From Ranitomeya imitator (lineage: Eukaryota), in assembly GCF_032444005.1 (NCBI RefSeq), contig NC_091291.1, positions 21,576,001 to 21,640,000 of the forward strand: 64,000 bases of DNA. Direction: 5' to 3'. The translations under genes and the position numbers were made by a program. The notes beneath the pieces are model-generated. The model was not told the DNA's origin, did not search any database, and was given only the letters and a program-made list of their open reading frames with translations. Below, one piece after another: positions 56,932 through 64,000 of this stretch. The stretch's first letter is position 1; every line of letters begins with the position of its first letter.

Positions 56932-58050
56932 ATGGGGATCAGTATTTTGGCTATCCTCCCTCTCTTCTGGAAAGGTGAGTCCTGCACACTGATATATTGG
57001 ATATGGTGTAATGTGCAGTTGATTTTGGCACATTTTAGATCACACAGTATCCTAGGCCTCTGCCGCAGACTTTAGTGCTCCATTGATTTTCTGATACTTT
57101 ATACTTTTTAGTTTTTGGCAATTGTACAAATAAATAATAATAATTATTAATTAATTATAAGATGCTGCCTGTGCACCTGTTCATGCATCCAATGTTGCCC
57201 CATCCAGGCTGGGCATCACAGGAGACTCTTATTTTCACTGTGATGAGCAAAGACTGAAAAAATTGCAATATCTAAAAAAATATGATCAAATGATGCAGAT
57301 CCACATTCCCTGTAAGTGACCAAAAAAACTGTAATGTGAAAAAGACTAAAGAAAAAAAAAGAAAAATATAAAATTTCTATTCCACAGTTATAAAAAAAAT
57401 AAAATGTAAAAAGTAAAAAAAAAAAGAATGTATTTGATGAAAATGTAAAACTTTTTAACACTTATAGTGTGATGGAGAGGAGGGGTAAGCTTATACATTG
57501 TGTAGAACCGACTGCCCCTGATAATAGCTGATTGATGGTGGGGGATCTGATGTCCTATAAAAGAAGATAGATAATAGTTAGAAAAACTCAATATATTTGT
57601 GAATTATCTGAAAAATAAAATTCCTGATATGTAACGATGACAATTTTCATTCTTCTACAGGTATCGCGTGTCAGGTGCCGTTTCGGGTGCCGGGCTATGA
57701 TATCAGCGTGAATCCTAGTGTCAGTGTACAGGAGGGTCTCTGTGTGACGATTCCTTGCACCTTCACCGCTGACGGTAGAAAGACATTCATCAATACCTCT
57801 GGATACTGGATACGGATGAAAGCACCTTTAAAGCCATTCTACATCGTAGCCACTAATGATAAATCCAGTAATGTGCAAAAACCAAACTTCCGTCTGGCGG
57901 GAAATCCCGATACTGGAGACTGCACCCTGACAATCACTGATGCCAGGAAAGAAGATAATGGGACGTATTTCTTCAGATTTGTAGAAAGTGAATACAGTAA
58001 TGTGAAATACAATTATGACAGAGAAGCAATAACCGCCATTACTGTGACTG
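56932..58050 (+). CDS. Gene D, 5' part of a Siglec-like gene: join(56932-56974,57661-58050); continues beyond the window
   Basis: Leader MGISILAILPLFWK-G|gtgagt. V-set exon ttctacag|GT...ACTG|gtaagt (390 nt) with VQEGLCVTIPCTF, GDCTLTI and YFFR. Confidence 0.9.
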
Positions 58051-58423
58051 GTAAGTGTGAGTGTATCCGGCAGTGACGGTGGGATATAGCGGTGATGTGT
58101 CTGTGCTCTATGTCACCGTGCTACTGGTTATATAACATCTATAAGTAGACGGTGCCTCACCCCATGAAGTATTTGCCAACTGCATCATCCACATTACAGC
58201 CATGTTACTCCATCACATATATATATATATATATACATATATATACACACACACAATATATCCATCTGTTAGCATTAACAAGTATATCACCTTGTAAAAT
58301 TTTAATCAATATCACACTGAACACAAGATTTCCAAAATTTTGATAAGACCAATTTTTATTGACTATTTTGACCCATAACATGAAAGTGATGTTAATATAA
58401 TGATTTTCATGACAAAAACCTTC

Positions 58424-61400
58424 AGTTTACACTCTACAGGAGAAAGAGGACCCCACTGACGATAAGAGCTGACACTCTACAGGAGAGAGAGGACCCCACT
58501 GACCATAAGAGTTTACACTCTACAGGAGAGAGAGGACCCCACTGTCCATAAGAGCTTACACTCTACAGGAGAGAGGACCCCACTGACCATAAGAACTTAC
58601 ACTCTACAGGAGAGAGAGAGGACACCGCTGACCATAAGAGTTTACACTCTACAGGAGAGAGAGAACCCCACTGACCATAAGAACTTACACTCTACAGGAG
58701 AGAGAGAGGACACCGCTGACCATAAGAGCTTACAATCTACAGGAGAGAGAGAACCCCACTGACCATAAGAACTTACACTCTACAGGAGAGAGAGGACCCC
58801 GCTGACCATAAGAACTTACACTCTACAGGAGAGAGAGGACCCCGCTGACCATAAGAGCTTACACTCTACAGGAGAGAGAGAACCCCACTGACCATAAGAA
58901 CTTACACTCTACAGGAGAGAGAGAGGACACCGCTGACCATAAGAGTTTACACTCTACAGGAGAGAGAGAACCCCACTGACCATAAGAACTTACACTCTAC
59001 AGGAGAGAGAGAGGACACCGCTGACCATAAGAGCTTACACTCTACAGGAGAGAGAGAGAGGACCCCACTGACCATAAGAGCTTACACTCTACAGGAGAGA
59101 GAGGACCCCACTGACCATAAGAGCTTACACTCTACAGGAGAGAGAGGACCCCACTGACCATAAGAGCTTACACTCTACAGGAGAGAGAGGACCCCACTGA
59201 CCATAAGAGCTTACACTCTACAGGAGAGAGAGGACCCCACTGACCATAAGAGCTTACACTCTACAGGAGAGAGAGGACCCCACTGACCATAAGAGCTTAC
59301 ACTCTACAGGAGAGAGAGAGGACCCCACTGACCATAAGAGATTACACTCTACAGGAGAGGGAGAGGTTCCCACTGACCATAAGAGCTTACACTCTACAGG
59401 AGAGAGAGGACCCCACTGACCATAAGAGCTTACACTCTACAGGAGAGAGAGGGCCCCACTGACCATAAGAGCTTACACTCTACAGGAGAGAGAGAACCCC
59501 ACTGACCATAAGAGCTTACACTCTACAGGAGAGAGAGGACCCCACTGACCATAAGAGCTTACACTCTACAGGAGAGAGAGGACCCCACTGACAATAAGAA
59601 CTTACACTCTACAGGAGAGAGAGGACCCTGCTGACCATAAGAACTTACACTCTACAGGAGAGAGAGGACCCCACTGACCATAAGAGCTTACACTCTACAG
59701 GAGACAGAGGACCCCACTGACCATAAGAGCTTACACTCTACAGGAGAGAGAGGACCCCACTGACCATAAGAACTTACACTCTACAGGAGAGAGAAGACCC
59801 CACTGACCATAAGAGCTTACACTCTACAGGAGAGAGGACCTCACTGACCATAAGAGCTTACACACTACAGGAGAGAGAGAGAGGACCCCACTGACCATAA
59901 GAGCTTACACTCTACAGGAGAGAGAGAGGACCCCACTGACCATAAGAGCTTATACTCTACAGGAGAGAGAAGACCCCACTGACCATAAGAGCTTACACTG
60001 TACAGGAGACAGAGGACCCCACTGACCATAAGAGCTTACACTCTACAGGAGAGAGAGGACCCCACTGACCATAAGAGCTTACACTCTACAGGAGAAAGAG
60101 GACCCCACTGACCATAAGAGCTTACACTCTACAGGAGAGAGAGGACCCCACTGACCATAAGAGCTTACACTCTACAGGAGAGAGAGGACCCCACTGACCA
60201 TAAGAGCTTACACTCTACAGGAGAGAGGATCCCACTGACCATAAGAGCTTACACTCTACAGGAGAGAGAGGATCCCACTGACCATAAGAGCTTACACTCT
60301 ACAGGAGAAAGAGGACCCCACTGACCATAAGAGCTTACTCTCTACAGGAGAGAGAGGACCTCACTGACCATAAGAGCTTACTCTCTACAGGAGAGAGAGG
60401 ACCCCACTGACCATAAGAGCTTACTCTCTACAGGAGAGAGAGGACCCCACTGACCATAAGAGCTTACACTCTACAGGAGAGAGAGGGCCCCACTGACCAT
60501 AAGAGCTTACTCTCTATAGGAGAGAGAGGACCCCACTGACCATAAGAGCTTACACTCTACAGGAGAGAGAGGACCCCACTGACCATAAGAGCTTACACTC
60601 TACAGGAGAGAGAGGACCCCACTGACCATAAGAGCTTACTCTCTACAGGAGAGAGAGGACCCCACTGACCATAAGAGCTTACACTCTACAGGAGAGAGAG
60701 GACCCCACTGACCATAAGAGCTTACACTCTACAGGAGAGAGAGGACCCCACTGACCATAAGAGCTTACTCTCTACAGGAGAGAGAGGACCCCACTGACCA
60801 TAAGAGCTTACTCTCTACAGGAGAGAGAGGACCCCACTGACCATAAGAGCTTACACTCTACAGGAGAGAGAGGGCCCCACTGACCATAAGAGCTTACACT
60901 CTACAGGAGAGAGAGGACCCCACTGATCATAAGAACTTACACTCTACAGGAGAGAGAGGACCCCACTGACCATAAGAGCTTACACTCTACAGGAGAGAGA
61001 GGACCCCACTGACCATAAGAGCTTACACTCTACAGGAGAGAGAGGACCCAACAGACCATAAGATCTTACACTCTACAGGAGAGAGAGCCCACTGACCATA
61101 AGAGCTTACACTCTACAGGAGAGAGAGGACCCCACTGATCATAAGAGCTTACACTCTACAGGAGAGAGAGGACCCCACTGACCATACGATCTTACACTCT
61201 ACAGGGGAGAGAGGACACCGCTGACCATAAGAGCTTACACTCTACAGGAGAGAGAGAACCCCACTGACCATAAGAGCTTACACTCTACAGGAGAGAGAGG
61301 ACCTCACTGACCACAAGAGCTTACTCTCTACTGGAGAGAGAGGACCCCACTGACCATAAGAGCTTACACTCTACAGGAGAGAGAGGACCTCACTGACCAT

Positions 61401-64000
61401 AAGAGCTTACACTCTACAGGAGAGAGAGAGGACCTCACTGATCATAAGAGCTTACACTCTACAGGAGAGAGAGGACCCCGCTGACCATAAGAACTTACAC
61501 TCTACAGGAGAGAGGACCCCACTGATCATAAGAGCTTACACTCTACAGGAGAGAGAGGACCCCGCTGACCATAAGAACTTACACTCTACAGGAGAGAGGA
61601 CCCCACTGATCATAAGAGCTTAGACTCTACAGGAGAGAGAGGACCCCACTGACCATAAGAGCTTACACTCTACAGGAGAGAGAGGACCTCACTGACCATA
61701 AGAGTTTACACTCTACAGGAGAGAGAGAAGACTCCACTGACCATAAGAGCTTACACTCTACAGGAGGGAGAGGACCCCGCTGACCATAAGAACTTACACT
61801 CTACAGGAGAGAGGACCCCACTGACCATAAGATCTTACACTCTACAGGTGAGAGAGGACCTCACTGACCATAAGAACTTACACTTTACAGGAGAGAGAGG
61901 ACCCCACTGACCATAAGAGCTTACACTCTACAGGAGAGAGAGGACCCCACTGAGCATAAGAGCTTACACTCTACAGGAGAGAGAGGATCCCATTGACCAT
62001 AAGAGCTTACACTCTACAGGAGAGAGAGAACCCCACTGACCATAAGAGATTTCACTCTACAGAAGAGAGAGAGGACCCCACTGACCATAAGATCTAACAC
62101 TCTACAGGAGAGAGAGGACCCCACTGACCATAAGAGCTTACACTCTACAGGAGAGAGAGAGGACCTCACTAACCATAAGAGCTTACACTCTACAGGAGAG
62201 AGAGGACCCCACTGACCATAAGAGCTTACACTGTACAGGAGAGAGAGGACCCCACTGACCATAAGAGCTTACACTCTACAGGAGAGAGAGGACCTCACTG
62301 ACCATAAGAGATTTCACTCTACAGAAGAGAGAGGACCACGCTGACCATAAGAGCTTACACTCTACATGAGAGAGAGGACCCCACTGACCATAAGAGCTTA
62401 CACTCTACAGGAGAGAGAGGACCCCACTGACCATAAGAGATTTCACTCTACAGAAGAGAGAGGACCACGCTGACCATAAGAGCTTATACTCTACAGGAAA
62501 GAGAGGACCCCACTGATCATAAGAGATTACACTCTACAGGAGAGAGAGGACCCCACTGACCATAAGAGCTTACACTCTACAGGAGAGAGAGGACCCCACT
62601 GACCATAAGAGCTTACACTCTACAGGAGAGAGAGGACCCCACTGACCATAAGAGATTACACTCTACAGGAGAGAGAGGACCCCACTGATCATAAGAGATT
62701 ACACTCTACAGGAGAGAGAGGACCCCACTGACCATAAGAGCTTACACTCTACAGGATAGAGAGGACCCCACTGACCATAAGAGCTTACACTCTACAAGAG
62801 AGAGAGGACCCCACTGACCATAAGAGATTTCACTCTACAGAAGAGAGAGGACCACGCTGACCATAAGAGCTTACACTCTACAGGAGAGAGAGGACCCCAC
62901 TGATCATAAGAGATTACACTCTACAGGAGAGAGAGGACCCCACTGACCATAAGAGCTTACAATCTACAAGAGAGAAAGGACCCCACTGACCATAAGAGCT
63001 TACACTCTACAGGAGAGAGAGGACCCCACTGACCATAAGAGCTTACACTCTACAGAAGAGAGAGGACCCCACTGACAATAAGAGATTACACTCTACAGAA
63101 GAGAGAGGACCCCACTGATCGTAAAAGCTTACACTCTACAGGAGAAAGAGGACCCCACTGACCATAAGAGCTTACACTCTACAGGAGATAGAGAGAGGAC
63201 CCCACTGACCATAAGAGCTTACATTCTACAGGAGAGAGAGGACCCCACTGACCATAAGAGCTTACATTCTACAGGAGAGAGAGGACCTCACTGACCATAA
63301 GAACTTACACTCTACAGGAGAGAGAGAGGACCCCACTGACCATAAGAGCTTATACTCTACAGGAGAGAGAGGACCCCACTGACCATAAGAGCTTACACTC
63401 TACAGGAGAGAGAGAACCCCACTGACCATAAGAGCTTACACTCTACAGGAGAGAGAGGACCCCACTGACCATAAGAGCTTACACTCTACAGGAGAGAGAG
63501 GACCCCACTGACCATAAAAGCTTACACTCTACAGGAGAGAGAGGACCCCACTGACCATAAGAGCTTACACTCTACAGGAGAGAGAGAACCCCACTGACCA
63601 TAAGAGCTTACACTCTACAGGAGAGAGAGGGCCCCACTGACCATAAGAACTTACACTCTACAGGAGAGAGAGAGGACCCCACTGACCATAAGAGCTTACA
63701 CTCTACAGGAGAGAGAGGACCTCACTAACCATAAGAGCTTACACTCTACAGGAGAGAGAGGATCCCACTGACCATAAGAACTTACACGCTACAGGAGATA
63801 GAGGACCCCGCTGACCATAAGAGGTTACACTCTACAGGAGAGAGAGGACCCCACTGACCATAAGAGATTACACTCTACAGGAGAGAGAAAGGACCCCACT
63901 GATCATAAGAGCTTACACTCTACAGGAGAGAGAGGACCAAACTGATCATAAGACCTTACACTCTACAGGAGAGAGAGGACCCCACTGACCATAAGAGCTT
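58424..64000 (+). repeat. 43-bp minisatellite (CTTACACTCTACAGGAGAGAGAGGACCCCACTGACCATAAGAG)n, ~130 copies, runs off the window
   Basis: Head-to-tail units; length varies in 2-bp steps through an internal (AG)n. Confidence 0.98.

Noticed and set aside
58424-64000. Regular short repeat array as a CRISPR array or repeat-protein gene
   Set aside because: Units are head-to-tail with no unique spacers, the unit length is not a multiple of 3, stops are frequent, and the context is eukaryotic.

Overview
Vertebrate genomic DNA, very likely from a frog (inferred from the repeat families; not verifiable here). The window holds a tandem, all plus-strand cluster of Siglec-like immunoglobulin receptor genes in a transposon-rich background. 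I spliced four genes by hand. Gene A: 3' end only (TM exon 1141-1234 to stop at 5267), with a tail carrying one ITIM-consensus motif and three IYxN motifs. Gene B: complete, 11117-24999, 7 coding exons, 326 aa. Gene C: complete, 31623-43876, 7 coding exons, 330 aa. Gene D: 5' end only (leader 56932-56974, V-set 57661-58050). B and C are leader / V-set / C2-set / stalk micro-exon / TM / short tail receptors. They keep the sialic-acid-binding Arg, have a TM Asn rather than Lys, and end in a canonical intrinsic ITAM (YQNL-x7-YYSL and YQDL-x7-YYNI) split over two small exons that the ORF track misses. This is the main finding. Mobile elements include a young, nearly intact Ty3/Gypsy chromovirus in intron 4 of gene B (805-bp LTRs differing at 8 positions, with a self-priming signature). 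There are also several solo LTRs with 5-bp TSDs, a full-length Tc1 interrupted by a solo LTR, hAT and Tc2-like MITEs, and Gypsy and L1 remnants. Tandem arrays include 23-bp, ~30-bp, ~168-bp and a >5.5-kb 43-bp minisatellite. There are two assembly gaps. All gene models are manual predictions without transcript support.
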